In this document: positions 13,441 through 26,749 of the stretch, piece after piece
Numbering within the stretch: the stretch's first letter is position 1
Layout of the letters: every line of letters starts with the position of its first letter
Assembly (NCBI RefSeq): GCF_009914755.1
Contig: NC_060929.1
DNA: 64,000 bases
Strand: one strand, 5' to 3'
Source of the DNA: the human T2T-CHM13v2.0 reference genome, Homo sapiens
Notes under the pieces: generated by a model
What the model was told of the DNA's origin: nothing
Seen by the model: only the letters and a program-made list of their open reading frames with translations
Databases searched by the model: none
Translations under genes and position numbers: made by a program

Positions 13441-16400
13441 TAAGGATTGTTGGGTCCCATTAAGGATGAGGGACCTGAAGCTCTGAGAGGTGAGCCAGCA
13501 AACTGAGATTGTCAAGTTGATCAGAAGCCAAGCCTGTGAGTCCTGGGTGGACATACTTAGAGGCAGGGCAAAAGTGGACTCCCTTTTAGAGGCAGTTTTC
13601 TCATGTTCAGGCTGTAGATGGGCAGTTTTGAGAACCTTTGAACAACGTTGCCTGATCTCGCATTACTGAATGGCTCTAAGGAATAATGGAGATAAAACAG
13701 ACAGAGATACCTGGGTTTGAACCCACTACACCACTCGTGAGCCTGAGCAAATCACAGATTCTCTTTAGCCTCAATTTTCCCATCTGCACAATGGAGACAG
13801 CAGCTCCTATGTCACATGAACAAGAGTTCATTACACAAGATGAAGCATGTGGGCACCTTGTGCGAGGAGTTAGAGGACCCAAACTGTCTTCTGGATTCTG
13901 CTAGCAGCTCTTGGTTCAACCTTGAGCAAGCACCTCTTTTAGGCTGGAGACCCCTTTGAGACTTCATTAAGTTGTTGGCCCCCTGCCCAGAAAAGTACAC
14001 AGAGGACCCCACAAGTTTGGCAAGTGATTTGGAAGGTTCCTGCACCTCCGGCAATCTGCCCACCATCCTTGTTAAGCTGCTAGCTGAGTATTGCTGGGTC
14101 CCTCCAGTCCTAACCTTCTATGTCTCCATGGTGGGGGCGGGGGGGAGGCACCCAGCTCACCCTTGTCTTTTTCAGACCCAGTAGCACCTGGATTCTCAGA
14201 GTGGTCCCAGCCTGTCGTCCCACCTGACTGTACCCTGGGGAAGAAGAGAAACTATTGCAAAACTCCAAGTCCCACAATGGCTGGCTTTCTTGGCTCACCT
14301 CCCCCACAAGTGGGACATCTATGGTTTGCCCCCAGCACCCAACCCCTCTTCCTTCTGGGACCATTCACCTGCATTCCCCTCGGGGCGCTTATCCATTCTC
14401 AGCTCATGATTGGTGAGCTGACTTCACACCCACCTTCAGGAGCAGGCCCTGATTGGCCACTCAGCATATTCCCTCCTCCTGGCTGTGGCTATTGGTTGAG
14501 AGATGGGCAAGTAACCCAATCAGCACATAAGACGCAAGAATATTCCTAGTGTTTCTGGTAGAGCAAGGTTTCTCCTATCTTCCATGGAAGCTGTTGGGAG
14601 AGACCTTCATTGTTTCCCTGAAGGATGTGGTATAAAATTGGAATTTTGCTACCAGGAAGGGATAGCCTGGAACTGCTCGAAGTGGGAGGACGGAATGTTC
14701 TACAAGGAGCCTGGAGGTCAGACAGGAGCGATGGGAAGGAACAAGGTCCTTGTGACATCTTTGGAGCCGCTGGACCAAGCCTCACGTGATGCTAACACTA
14801 CCTCCACTCAATAAACTCCCCAGGAGGTAATCAATTAGACTTGGGTTTTCCTGTCACTTGCAACGCAAAGCATTCTAATGGAAACTCCCTGAGGCCTAAA
14901 CAAAGACTGGATCAGACAGGAGAGCTCAGGAATCAGGAAGACAAAATTCTTTCAAAGGGTGTGGGAACTGGGAAATACCCATCGGCCCACCTGGTGCTGG
15001 GAAGACTTCAGAAAAAAGCCACCAAGGCAGAGAGCGTAGATGAATTTTTTGGTATTATTTGTCTGGACAGGAGGAAATGTTGGCTATTTGAAGTTTGATT
15101 AACCATCAATTCCATTCAAGTCCTCAAATGTTTCCATGCAGGACACTGTCACATGGTGGAGGACACACGTATGAGCAAGACAGCCCCTGCAGCCAGGAGC
15201 TGCTTCCAGGTGAGGAACACAGGCTCGGACAAAACTGACCGGAACATGAGCAAGACTGGAATAAGAGCTGAGGCTGAGACATGGATCCATGGGCGTCGGG
15301 ACCCTGGCAGGAAAGCAAGATCCTGGGGACAGAGCACCTTTCTCTGCCCACAAAGGCACTGTACAGTTGCCCAGCCCTGTCACTCGGGGCCACCTCCCCC
15401 CAGAAAGAGCTCTTTATCTGACTTGTACAAAAGCACCTTAGGGGCTAGCATTGCCAGGTGCATTGGGGAGCAGTTCCTCCAGGTCTAGCCCCACCAACTT
15501 TTCCAGATTCTGTATTCCTCAAAGCACAGGGTAAGTCCCATAGTGGGGGGAATGATCTTCAGAGGTGCTGGGGATGGAGTTAAGTCACACTGCCTCACTT
15601 GCCTGCTGAGAAAGTGACTCCTTGTTCAGCTCTAAGAGCCTCTATCAAGGACAAAGTCTGGGTTTGGTGTGAGCCTGTCTTTAACACCTCTCTAGGGCTC
15701 ATTGCCCTCCCTTGTTTAGCACAGAGGGAGAGCTGGCCCCAGCCTTCTTGCCTTCCACCGGCAACCAGCTCTTGCTCAGATTTCATCACATTGTTTTGTT
15801 TTTGTGGCATTTATTTTAACAGTTGTCTTCTATTTATGGCAAGTGATATTGGCTTTCCATTTATGGCAGTGATAAAAAAGCTTCCTCTTACATTTCATTT
15901 CTTTAAGTTTTTTTTAAACGGGGTTGATGGAAAGAAAAATATTAAATAGCACAAGTGAGGCACAGTTACGACCAAAATTGTGAAGGTGGGATGTGAATGA
16001 CAGGCGATGGGGAAATAGTCACTGCACAAACATGGGGTGCCAGTGGTGTGGCAGCCACGGTGCTGGGGGCGAGGCCAGCAGGGAACCCAGCAGACAAAGC
16101 CCTGCCTTTGTGGAGCTTACAGTCCAGCAGGGGTGGGTAGGGGGAGATGTTACCAAAATAAATCAAATGCGTGGTGTGACCAATGGTGGCGAGTGATTTG
16201 AAGGACGGGGAGGTAGGGAAGGGAGGGCACCGGCTGCCATGGGCGCTGCCTCGCAAACACTGGCTCATGCTCTGAAAGCGTGGCCGCGAGCACAGGCTGG
16301 GAGGAGGCGAGGCTGCAGCTTCACAGCTATCCTGGCACCATGCAAAAGGATCTAGTGGTGTCGCCATCCCTCCTGGTTGAGGCTGGCTTTGGAGACTCCC

Positions 16401-17027
16401 GCTGGTCAAGATTACACGCCGCAGGAAACCTCACATCAAGGCACTAGCCTCCTTTCTTCCAAACAAAAAAGCAGAGGACCGTCTGCGGAGACAAGCGCTG
16501 TTGCCTGGAAAGCAGCCCCCAGGGCGCGGCGTGGGGTCACACAGCTTTGTCGGTGCTCCACGCTGTGCACAGGTGTGGGCCCGCTCCATGAGATCGGGAC
16601 TCAGCGGTGACAGTGCCCCTTGGGGCTCTGAAATCATCACCTTCTGAGTCATCAAAGTGGCATTGACTTACAGTCAACAGTGCGTGGTGCTAAGTGCACT
16701 TTATTATTCCAATTCTTTGAAAATTGGTCATCTCTCTGTGGTCCATCTATGGCCTGGTAGGGTAGCAAAGCCAGGAGTCTGAATCGTGGCTCCCCTGCTT
16801 TCAAGCTGCCTGATTCTGGGCAGGTTCTTATTCTTCTGAGTTTTCATTTTCTTGTAACTAAAACGGGGGTAGCCCATTGAATGTGGTCACATGGGGGCTC
16901 CTGGCAGCCAGTCAATAAATGTCATCCTGTTTCTCTAGATACCAGACTATGAGTTACCCAGAACCCTATCTCCCTTCCACCAATGGGAGCTGGCAGGAGG
17001 AGGAGATGGACAGGAAACTTGGAAAAC

Positions 17028-17370
17028 TCATTCATTCATTCATTCATTCATTCAACAAGAAAGTATGACTCCACCCCAGGCACTATTCCAGTCACTGGCA
17101 GTACAGAAGAGAGCAAAGACAGGTAAGGTCTCTGATCTTATAGGAACATGTCATGAAAGCAAGACATGAGATTTCAGCTAGCGACAGGGTCTGTGACGAA
17201 TGTTTGGGGAAGCCAGCTCAGACTGGGTGTCCAGGAAGGCTTTGCAGAAGAGGTAACACTGAAAGACAAAGGGCGAGCTTTGTGAAGGTTTGGAGGTGGG
17301 GAGAACATTCTAGGCAGAAGGAAGAGCAAAGCAAAGTCCTCAAGGCCTCTGAGAGCCAGAAAGAAAGCCA
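17028..17370 (-). mobile_element. L2 3' end with (TTCA)n
   Basis: CTCATTCATTCATTCATTCA...CAGGCACTATT...GGAAGGCTT...GGAGAACATTCTAGGCAGAAGGAAGAGC. Confidence 0.6.
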
Positions 17371-18294
17371 GCTCCCCTGGAGAACATGGGTGCTGGTGGG
17401 TGGGGAGTCAGACCCTGTGGGACTCAGGAAGGGGAGAGGCCTGGGTGGCTCTGTGGAGTGGGCTGTGTGGCAAGACCTGCAGTTCTTGTTCTGTGCCAGG
17501 GGCCATTTGACAGCATCTTCAGAAACCCCCACATCATCTAGACCCTGGGCTTCCCACCCGCCAGGCCAGGCTCTTCCTGCTAGTCCATGCTGCCTCCTGG
17601 GGCTGCCAGTTCTTCAACCAGGCCCACGGGGCACCCACTTGCTGGCTGAATTTCTCCCCCTGCATCCCAGTTCTCCTCCAAGTTGGAAGAAGTCTTTGTG
17701 GTTTGGATGAAGGAAGGGATGAGGAGGAGGGGGACAGAGCAAAGTGTGTTTGCTGGCACCAGAATCACAGCAGAAGCCAGTGCTGGAAACCTTCCCAAGT
17801 ATTTAGAAATTAAAATAATAAAAGAAAACTGAGCATATGGAGTTTGTAAAGTGCTGTCCATCTTCAAGAAGGGATACAGCTTACTCAGAGTGCATGGGAG
17901 AGCAGGTCGGAGTGAACGTGTCTGTGGGGTAGGGGCGAACACTCAGGCTCTCGGGTAGGATGAGGGTCCCCAGGCTAGGCTAGCCCAAGAGGCAGGAGGA
18001 GTGTGGGAATTCCCTTTAAGCTGCACTTTTAAAGAAGGAGAAAGAATATCCTCTATGGCCCCTCCCTAACTTCACAGGCGTCCCCAGTCCTTCCCAGCCC
18101 AGGGAACGCCAACTCCCCAGCTCGACTCTGAACCAATCTTCAGTTCTTTCTCTCCACATCCAAATTCTCAGCCCAAATGCCACCTCTTCAAAGAAGCCCT
18201 CTCTGGCCACCTCATCTGGAAGGCCACCCCTCCAGGTACTTTTTCATCACTCTGTGTATTTCTGCACGAACCTATCACTATCTAAAATGACCAC

Positions 18295-18870
<576 letters not shown>

Positions 18871-21800
18871 CTACCAAGTGGGGACCGAGTGAATTCCAGA
18901 GCCTGTTCATTTGAGTGTTCAGGTAGCACCATGCACAAGCCTGTGATTGCTGAGTGGCAAACAGCACCTCACGCATGGGCAGTATTCATGGGGCTGTGGC
19001 AGAGCCCACATGGTCATGATTTGGGGCACTGCTGAGCAAACCAGCCCCCAGCCGAGCCACCAGGTGCTGCAGCAGGTGTTGGGGGCTGCCCATTCTGACA
19101 GAGCTGCCAGGCAAGAAACTTCAACCTGCTACTCCTGGAGCTGGGAGCCCACCTGGGAGCTCCAGGTGCCTCCTTCCACCCCAGGTGCTCAAGTGTTCCC
19201 TGTGCCAGGAAGCCCACCTGGCACAAGCTGGAGGGTAGGCTGGCTGGAAGGCAGGGGCAACAGGGCAAAAGGAGAAGGCAGGTGCCTTGTGGGCCCTCCC
19301 AGGTAGGAAACCTGGCCGGCCCGAGGTCCCTGAGGGTTCTGGAGGTCTCTTGAGTGCAGAGCTGGCTCTGTGGGTACACAAGGACATGTGTCGGGGAAGC
19401 CGGGAGGAGCTGCCCTGGGGATGGCCAGGCCTGGGGATGACAGGGTCCCCTCCTTGCAGCCCCTCCCCTCCTCTCCTTCTGCCTCCCCTCCGTCTGGCTG
19501 CTCCTCTCCCGCTCTGCTGCATGCTGGCCTCCGCAAGATGGATTTTCCTGGCTGTGCCAATCTTGCTGCCACCTGTTCGCGCTGTGCTGGAGCCAGCAAA
19601 GTGGCTCAGCTTCAAACCCAGGGCAGCTGGGAGAACGGTGGCCAAGCCTCGTCGCCCCCCTTGCTCCCTTCCTTTGTTGCAGCGGCAGCAGCTCGGCCGA
19701 GCCATCCTGTCACCTGCTGTCAGCTGGGCAGCCCCTGCTCTTCCCCACCAACCCTCCTGCAGACCCTTCAATCCCTCCCCAGGCCTAGCCCTTCGTGGCC
19801 ACGTTGCAGGGTGGGGCCCAGGCAGGCACTTCACAGCAGCCCTCAGCACCCCACCCTCCGTCCCTGGCCCAGACTGAATCCCCTTCCCTCTCCCCCACTC
19901 CCCAAGGGATTCCCCCACTTACAGGAGCCTTCCCCAGGAAATTTAGATGGAAAGTTGAGGAACCAGGGGCCTAAGAGAACCAGGAAGTGACCAGCTCAGC
20001 CTGCTGAGCCCACGACAGGGCAGGGTGGCATGGGACACCTCCAGGTAGTGCAACCTCCGAACCTCCGGGAGAGGGAGGGCTCTGGAAACTCCCTGCACCA
20101 GCAACCCAACCCGCGCCCGAGGCTGGAGTCCAGCCCTGCCCCTCACACACGTTGGCTCCACCCCGGTTTCCTCAGCTGCCAATGGGCTGAGTCTGTGCCT
20201 GTGCACCCCACAATGTCACTGTGAAGAACAAACAGAGGGTTAGTGCCTTAAACTCCTTCAAGAACAAGGCAAGGATATAATTAAACATGTGCGTGGGATA
20301 GAGAAATGCAAACTGTAAAGGGCTGTGCAGCTGAGGAGCTGTTTTTGCTTTTCTCAGTGGCGTCGAGGCCCCAGGGGCCAAAGGCTGTGCATGCCGCTCT
20401 CAGGGAGAAGATGCGGGCTTGTGCCTGTCTTCAGCAACACTGGCTCCAGCTGAGGGGGCATCTGACAGCAGAGAGACAGGCACATCAGAAGATAGAGCGA
20501 GACACAGGCAGACAGACAATAAACACAGATAAAATAGCCTGTGAGGCCGATGGCTCTCCTGATGGAAGCAGACAGGCAGCGGAGGTGGTGGCAGGGTTCC
20601 AGTAGCCTGGGGCCTTTCTCTCCTCCACCAGGATCCTTCCCAGGGAAGGATCTATCCCTTCCCTTCCTCCTGCCCTCAGTCATCTGCTCCTGCTCACGAG
20701 CCCATGGGCACACAGGTACAGTGTCCACTCATGCTCACAACAGTGCCTCTTGCAGTTATGGAGGGGGCTGGGTATTGGGGGTTGGACTCTCCAAATTCCA
20801 GAGACGCTACTGAGGAGGGACCTGGTCCTTGGCATTAGGGGAAAAGATCTTCCCCTGGGGCAGATCCCTTGGAGCCTGAAGAAGTGCGCCTTTGTGGATG
20901 AACATAATAGAAAATAGGAGGCCATTTCCATGGGGCGCTAATCCCCTGGCTGAACTTTGTCAAGATGCATCCTTCCCCAGGTGCCCAGAGCTGAACGCGG
21001 GAGTCTGCAGATGAGAAGAGAGCTCGGGGCTCAACAGGATCCGACTGGGAGGGCTGGAGTGGGCTGGGCGCACCCTGCTTCCTCTGTCCCCACCACATGT
21101 CCTCCCGCAGCCACCAGACTGCTGTTTCTTGAGTGAGCTTTATAGTGTCCCTCCCCTGTTTATCGACGCCCCCAACCCCTGGCTTCCCACTACACATATA
21201 ATAAGGCCCAAATTTATAAATGTACCCAGGGCTGCCCCTGCCAACCCCTCCCTGCGTCCCGGCCCTCCTTCCCCAGCAGCCTTGTTCCTCCAGCCCAGTC
21301 CCCCACAGGGCCTTTGCACGGCTGTGCTCTCTGCCTGTGAAACTCAGTAGCCAGTTGTTGCCTTGGGCACCTTCTCATCACTCAGGTCTCAGAGGAGAGG
21401 CCTTCCGTCATCTCACTCAGCACCCTCTCCCTCCTCTGGTCATCATCACATCTCTTGAGTTTTGTCCATTTGTGTTTCCTCATAGCAGGTATCCCTGCCT
21501 GAAAATATCTCCTTCCTGTGTTTGTCATCTGTCTCCACCCTGCAGAATGCAAGTGCTGGTCCCATTCAGTGCCGTGTCCCCATGTGCTGGAGCACAGCCG
21601 TCCACACAATAGGCATTTAATAGGCAGGAGGGTCTGGCTTCCAAGAACCCCAGGCTGAAGGGGACAGCAGCCAGGAAAAAGAAGCCAGACAGGCCGGTCC
21701 TAGGCCTCGGTGGGCAAAGGGAGGGGCATAGAGGCCTGGCTCATGACAGCAAAGAAGTTCCCTGGGGGAGATCCTGTGTGCGGCACACTGGTCCTCCAGG

Positions 21801-21909
21801 AGGGGAATGACTGAAGGCTGGGGTCCAAGTCCTTGCTCTGCTCCTGACAACTCAATCTTCTGGCCTCACTGCCCCGCTCTGTGGAATGGGGATAAAAATG
21901 GCTACTTCT

Positions 21910-22212
21910 GGCCAGGGGCAGTGGCTCATGCCTGTAATCCCAGCACTTTGGGAGGCCAAGGTGGGCGGATCCCCTGAGATCAGGAGTTCAAGACCAGCCT
22001 GGCCAACATGGTGAAATGCTGTCTCTACTAAAAATCCACACACAAAAAAAATAGCCAGACGTGGTGGCACACGCCTGTAATTCCAGCTACTCGAGAGGCT
22101 GAGGCAGGAGAATCACTTGAATTCGGGGGCAGAGGTTGCAGTATGCTGAGATCGCACTACCACGCTCCAGCCTGGGCAACAGAGTAAGACTCCGTCTCAA
22201 AAAAAAAAAAAA
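21910..22212 (+). mobile_element. Alu (S-type) inserted in a MIR
   Basis: Full Alu; degenerate TSD AAAATGGCTACTTC / AAAGTGCCTACTTC. Confidence 0.93.
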
Positions 22213-23184
22213 GTGCCTACTTCCCAGAGTTGCTCTAAGAACTGAATCAAGCCCTGTGTGTGAGAGTCTGTTTATAAACATTTAAGGGTTGTACAAATGT
22301 GTATTTATTGGTAAGGGCCCAATTGGGCTGCAAGGGTCAGAAATCCATCTCAAACTAGCTCAAACTCAAAGGGGAATTCAGGGGCTCTTGTCATCGAAGA
22401 GTCCCTAGGGTGAGAGAAGTTTGGCTTCAGGTATGGCCAGATCTGGGTGCTCCAACAGAACAAGTCTCTCCTTCCTTATCTCCTTGTCAGCCCTCCTCTG
22501 TGGGGGCTCCCTGCTTAGGCAGGCTTTTACCAGTTGCTGGCCATCAGCCCTTCCGGCCCCTACCCTGCCATGTGGCCCATCCCACCTGAAAGGGAGCATC
22601 TTCTATGTAAGCCCAGGCTTCAGCCTCAGGATTGGTTCTCACTGGTACAAATGGAGGACTCAATTTGAACCAACCTCTGTGGAAGCCAGGATGTTGGGAA
22701 ACTCTGATTGGCCACCCTGGAGCCAGGACTACAGTGGCTTCATCTGAGCCACAGAGACTGTGCATGGAGGTGGTGGTGCAGGTTCTTCAAAGGAAGATGG
22801 GAGCACCACTACCCAAAGAGGGGGTCTGGGACCCTGGCTGGCAGACAACGGATGTTCACCGCCAGACAAATGGCATTCTCAGCCTTCCGACTGGCCCTGC
22901 GAGCAGAGCACTCGAAGGTCCCAGGTCCCTGGAGGCTCCACTCTGGGGCTGCCCTGCAGGTGGTCAGAGGAGTCCACTTCCCTGGGAGAGTATTGAAAGG
23001 AGCATCTGTGAGAATGAAACAGAATTGTTCACGAATGTGATTTGTAAACGTTGAAAACACCCTTCAAATGTTAGAGATTATCCTTAGTGTTGTTGTAGAA
23101 CAGGAAAGGGGCGAGGCACTACAGGATTTTGGAACTGAAACGGGCTTAAAAATGATTGGCTGCCACCCTAAACCCCCCCTTTTT

Positions 23185-23815
23185 TACCCAGTCATCTTAC
23201 GTGGCAGCCAGAAGAATGTATTTCGGCTGCAGATCACATCCTGTCACTCCCTCCTGAACCCTCCGCTGGCTTCACTTTGCTCTTGCAATATTCTAGATTC
23301 TCCTTGCTCCAGGGCTCTGGGGGTTGGGTCCCTGCCCACCTCTCGGACTCCAACCCCTACTTATGTCCTCCGGCCACACCCTGTGGCTCCAGCTGCATTG
23401 CCTGTCCTTGGGGTCTGGAAACACATCCAGCTCATTTCCCCCCAGGATGCTTTGCACTTGCTGATCCCTCTGTCCACAACACTTTTCCTCCAGGTCTTCC
23501 CTACGGCTGCTGCCACTTTCTCTTCAATCAGGTCTCTGCTGAAATGGCACCTTCTCAGAGACCCTCCCTGGCCACACTTCCATAGAGATGCACTCCACTC
23601 CTCCTCTCTGCCCCTCTCTCTCACTTTGCCCACTTTATATTCTGCAGCCTCTGGAATTATCTTGTTGTTCTATTTGTTTGCTTACTTATTGTCAGTCTCT
23701 CTCCCACCTGCTACCCCCCACTGGAGTACTTGGCTCCAAAAACACAAAGTCTTCCACATAGCTCAAGGCCTGACATAGAGCAGGGGGGTCAATAAATACC
23801 TGTTGAATGAATGAC
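23185..23815 (+). mobile_element. L2 3' fragment
   Basis: CTTTGCACTTGCTGATCCCTCTG...TCAGGTCTCTGCTGAAATGGCACCTTCTCAGAGA...TCAATAAATACCTGTTGAATGAATGA. Confidence 0.65.
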
Positions 23816-25104
23816 TATCTGATGGACAGATGGGTGGGTGAGGGTGAGCGGGCTGTGCTCAGATGCTGATATGACTTGCCCAAGGCCACACAGCTGGCAC
23901 CAGCAACCAGGTGGGATGAGCCCATGCCCTGTCCGGTCCTGCCTTCACTCTCTAATCTATTTCATGCCCCTTTAAAAAATAATAATAAACATGTGTCCTG
24001 TTATTCCCTTTAGATTGGGAACTGGTGTGGAGCTCTGGTAGCTAAAGACCCTCCAGACTCCCACGTCCCACCAGCTCACACCCTGTGGCCTCGGGGCCAC
24101 CTGCTCTAGCTGCTGGATGCGCCCGACTTCAAAGCCCATTAAGTGGATCATTACGAGGTTAATAAAACCCGTTCCCCTACACCCGCACACGTCCGCCCTC
24201 GCCTGCGGCTGCTGCCCATCAGCTGGGTCTGCTCTCACTGTTGCCAGGAGCTGAGAGAGAGCGGGGCGGCCGTGCAGGTGAGCAGCCCCCAGGGAGCAGT
24301 TGTCACTCAGGCCCTGTCCCTCCAGGCTGTCCTTTGAGGTGGGAAGTGGGAGGTGGCCTGTCTCTTTGAAGACCCTGCACCTGAGCCAGACCCTGTTGCG
24401 GGCCTGTGAGGCTGGCAGGAGGCGGCCGCTACAGCGGGGCTGAGGCAGCCTCGCACACAGAGAGCTGTCCTCTGTGAGCTGCGGTGTCTCCGCGATGGAG
24501 GAGGGAAGGGGCCTGCTGTCACCCTGACCCACTCCAGGCACAGGGGGAATAGGGGCTGGGGCAGTGTTTGGGCAGTGGCGGCAAGCCTGGGGTGGGGCAG
24601 GGTGGACCCCTGGGGCTGAGGGTCCACTTTCAGGGGGTGCCCTGATACAGGTTCCAAGACGTTCCCGGCGTGGGGTCCTGAGGGCGGGGAAGGCTCCTCT
24701 CTTCATCCAGAAAAATTCCATCTCGATGAAATGTACCTGAAGAAAACATCAGCTCATCATGTGGTTAGTGAGGGGGAAAGACACACCGCTGAAGGAAGCA
24801 TACAGCAAGAGACCAGATAGTAAAAAATCTAGTGACTGATGCCAACATATAGACCTGCACCCATGGAGGGAAAGGCCCAGGAGGCCGTGCAGCAGACTCC
24901 GCCAGCGGCTTTCTCCCTGGAAAAACCAAGGATGTGAGGCGGGGTGATGTGCAGTCTTTTTTAAAAACACAAAATAATGTATTCATGTTTTATATGTAGG
25001 ATTAAAAATTAATTTTTAAAGATATTCACCAAGGATATAATTTAGAGTGCGAGGGTCAGAGCTCCCCTTGAAGGAAGGGAAAGGAGAGTGAGGAAAGGAC
25101 AGGA

Positions 25105-25520
25105 GAGGGTCCCGGCCGCGGGCGAGACCCCCGGGGTGCTGAGCCGCTGCCCTGGGCCTGGTGCCTGGGGGACAAACCTGTGGTGCCGCCTGTCACCGCG
25201 GCGCCTTCTCTGGGATTGGACACCCCCAGCTATCTCCCCGGCTTGACCTCGCTTGAAGCTCCCTCCAAGATCCCACCCTGAAGTGGCTGAGGTGGGCCCA
25301 GGAATTGGTTCCAGGACTCGGGGAGCCGCGCGGGGCAGGAGCCAGGCCCACAGACAGCAAGCAGCGTTCTGCTTGGCTGATCCACGATGTCGGGGCTGCG
25401 GCATCTCCGCTTCCGCCCGGAGAGTGACGGCGTCCGCAAGCTCATGCGAGGGGGGTTATTTTACTAACCAGATAGATTAAGCATCTCTCCTTCTAATTAC
25501 CGGTTTAATTAACCTTGGCA
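25105..25520. promoter_or_regulatory. Small CpG-rich patch ending in a homeodomain motif cluster
   Basis: Local CpG excess followed by GATTAAG, CTAATTAC and TTAATTAA (~25475-25512). Confidence 0.45.
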
Positions 25521-26179
25521 CACAGTATGTACCAGACCCGAGGGACAGAGTCAGAATGGCTGCTCTGGGTGAACATCGCCCATCTGCTCTGCGCTAGGCT
25601 CCAGCGGACTCTCAAGGGGCCAGGGCAGCAGACATTGAGGGCCAGGAGTCTGGTGGCACCAGGAAGGAGCGGAGGAAAATGTGGGCAGGGATTGTCGGAA
25701 ACCTCACAAGAGAGTCTTGCCATGGGCGCCGGATTCCAACAAGGCTGCCTCTTCAGCAGCCCTCCTGCAACGACCTGAGCAGGGCTGACCCCACCTCAGA
25801 GAAGGCAGAGCCCGGGCCACCCTGCTTGGGTCTCCCAGGGGTCCGCAGGGTAGCCAGTGTGCCCTGTGCAAGCCTGGGAGGTAGAAGACGTGGATGGCGA
25901 TGGTGGAGGTGCTGCTTCAAATTCTCCAAGCCTCAGTCTCCTCATCTGTAAAATGAGCAGGATGGTATCTAAGTCACAGGGCAATTTATGAGGTTTAATG
26001 AAGAGAACAGAAACTGAGATACTTAAATTACATTCGTCTGTTCATTCACTCGTTCAGCACATATTCCTGGAGTGTGCACTGTGTTGGCAAAAGTAAGGAA
26101 TACGATGGTGAACAGGGAGAATTGAAAGACTGAGTGCTCTGGGAATTGACAATGTCTGCCTAAGGACCCCAGAGTCATA

Positions 26180-26363
26180 GCACATGTGTGCACACACACA
26201 CGAGCACACACACGAGCACGCACACACAAGCACACATACACACGAGCACACACAGATACATATGCATGCACACACACGAGCGCACACACAAGCACACATA
26301 CACATGAGCATGCACACACATACACATGAGCACACACACACGAGCACACACACATACAATGAG

Positions 26364-26397
<34 letters not shown>

Positions 26398-26550
26398 TTC
26401 TTCCTGAGCTGTTGCCCGTGACACGCACACTCAGCACACAGAAGATCCCTGCACGCACACACCTGCATGGAGACGTGTGTCTCCTTCACAGCCATGAACA
26501 GCACACACACTCATCTCAAAAACAACTCTACACCCACACGCATGCACGGG
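26180..26550. repeat. CA-rich degenerate tandem repeat (CACACGAG/CACATGAG units plus (CA)n)
   Basis: Read directly from the sequence. Confidence 0.9.
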
Positions 26551-26749
26551 TGGCCATGTGTGAAGACGGCTGTGTGGCTCCTCTATTCTCAAGAAACATA
26601 AGGCCAAGATGTCACATTAATAAAAAACATGGTGTCCTGGTAAAGGTATATTTGTTTATTTAAAAGCTTATTAAAATCTTAACCTAGTCTCCTCTTCACT
26701 AATGCAGTGTTACTGGAGTCTCTTGATGATTGTGTGGGAGGGTGAAGAA

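Noticed and set aside
19121-19990. Overlapping 196-265 aa ORFs on both strands
   Set aside because: GC-rich non-repeat DNA with no recognisable domain or exon structure; consistent with chance.
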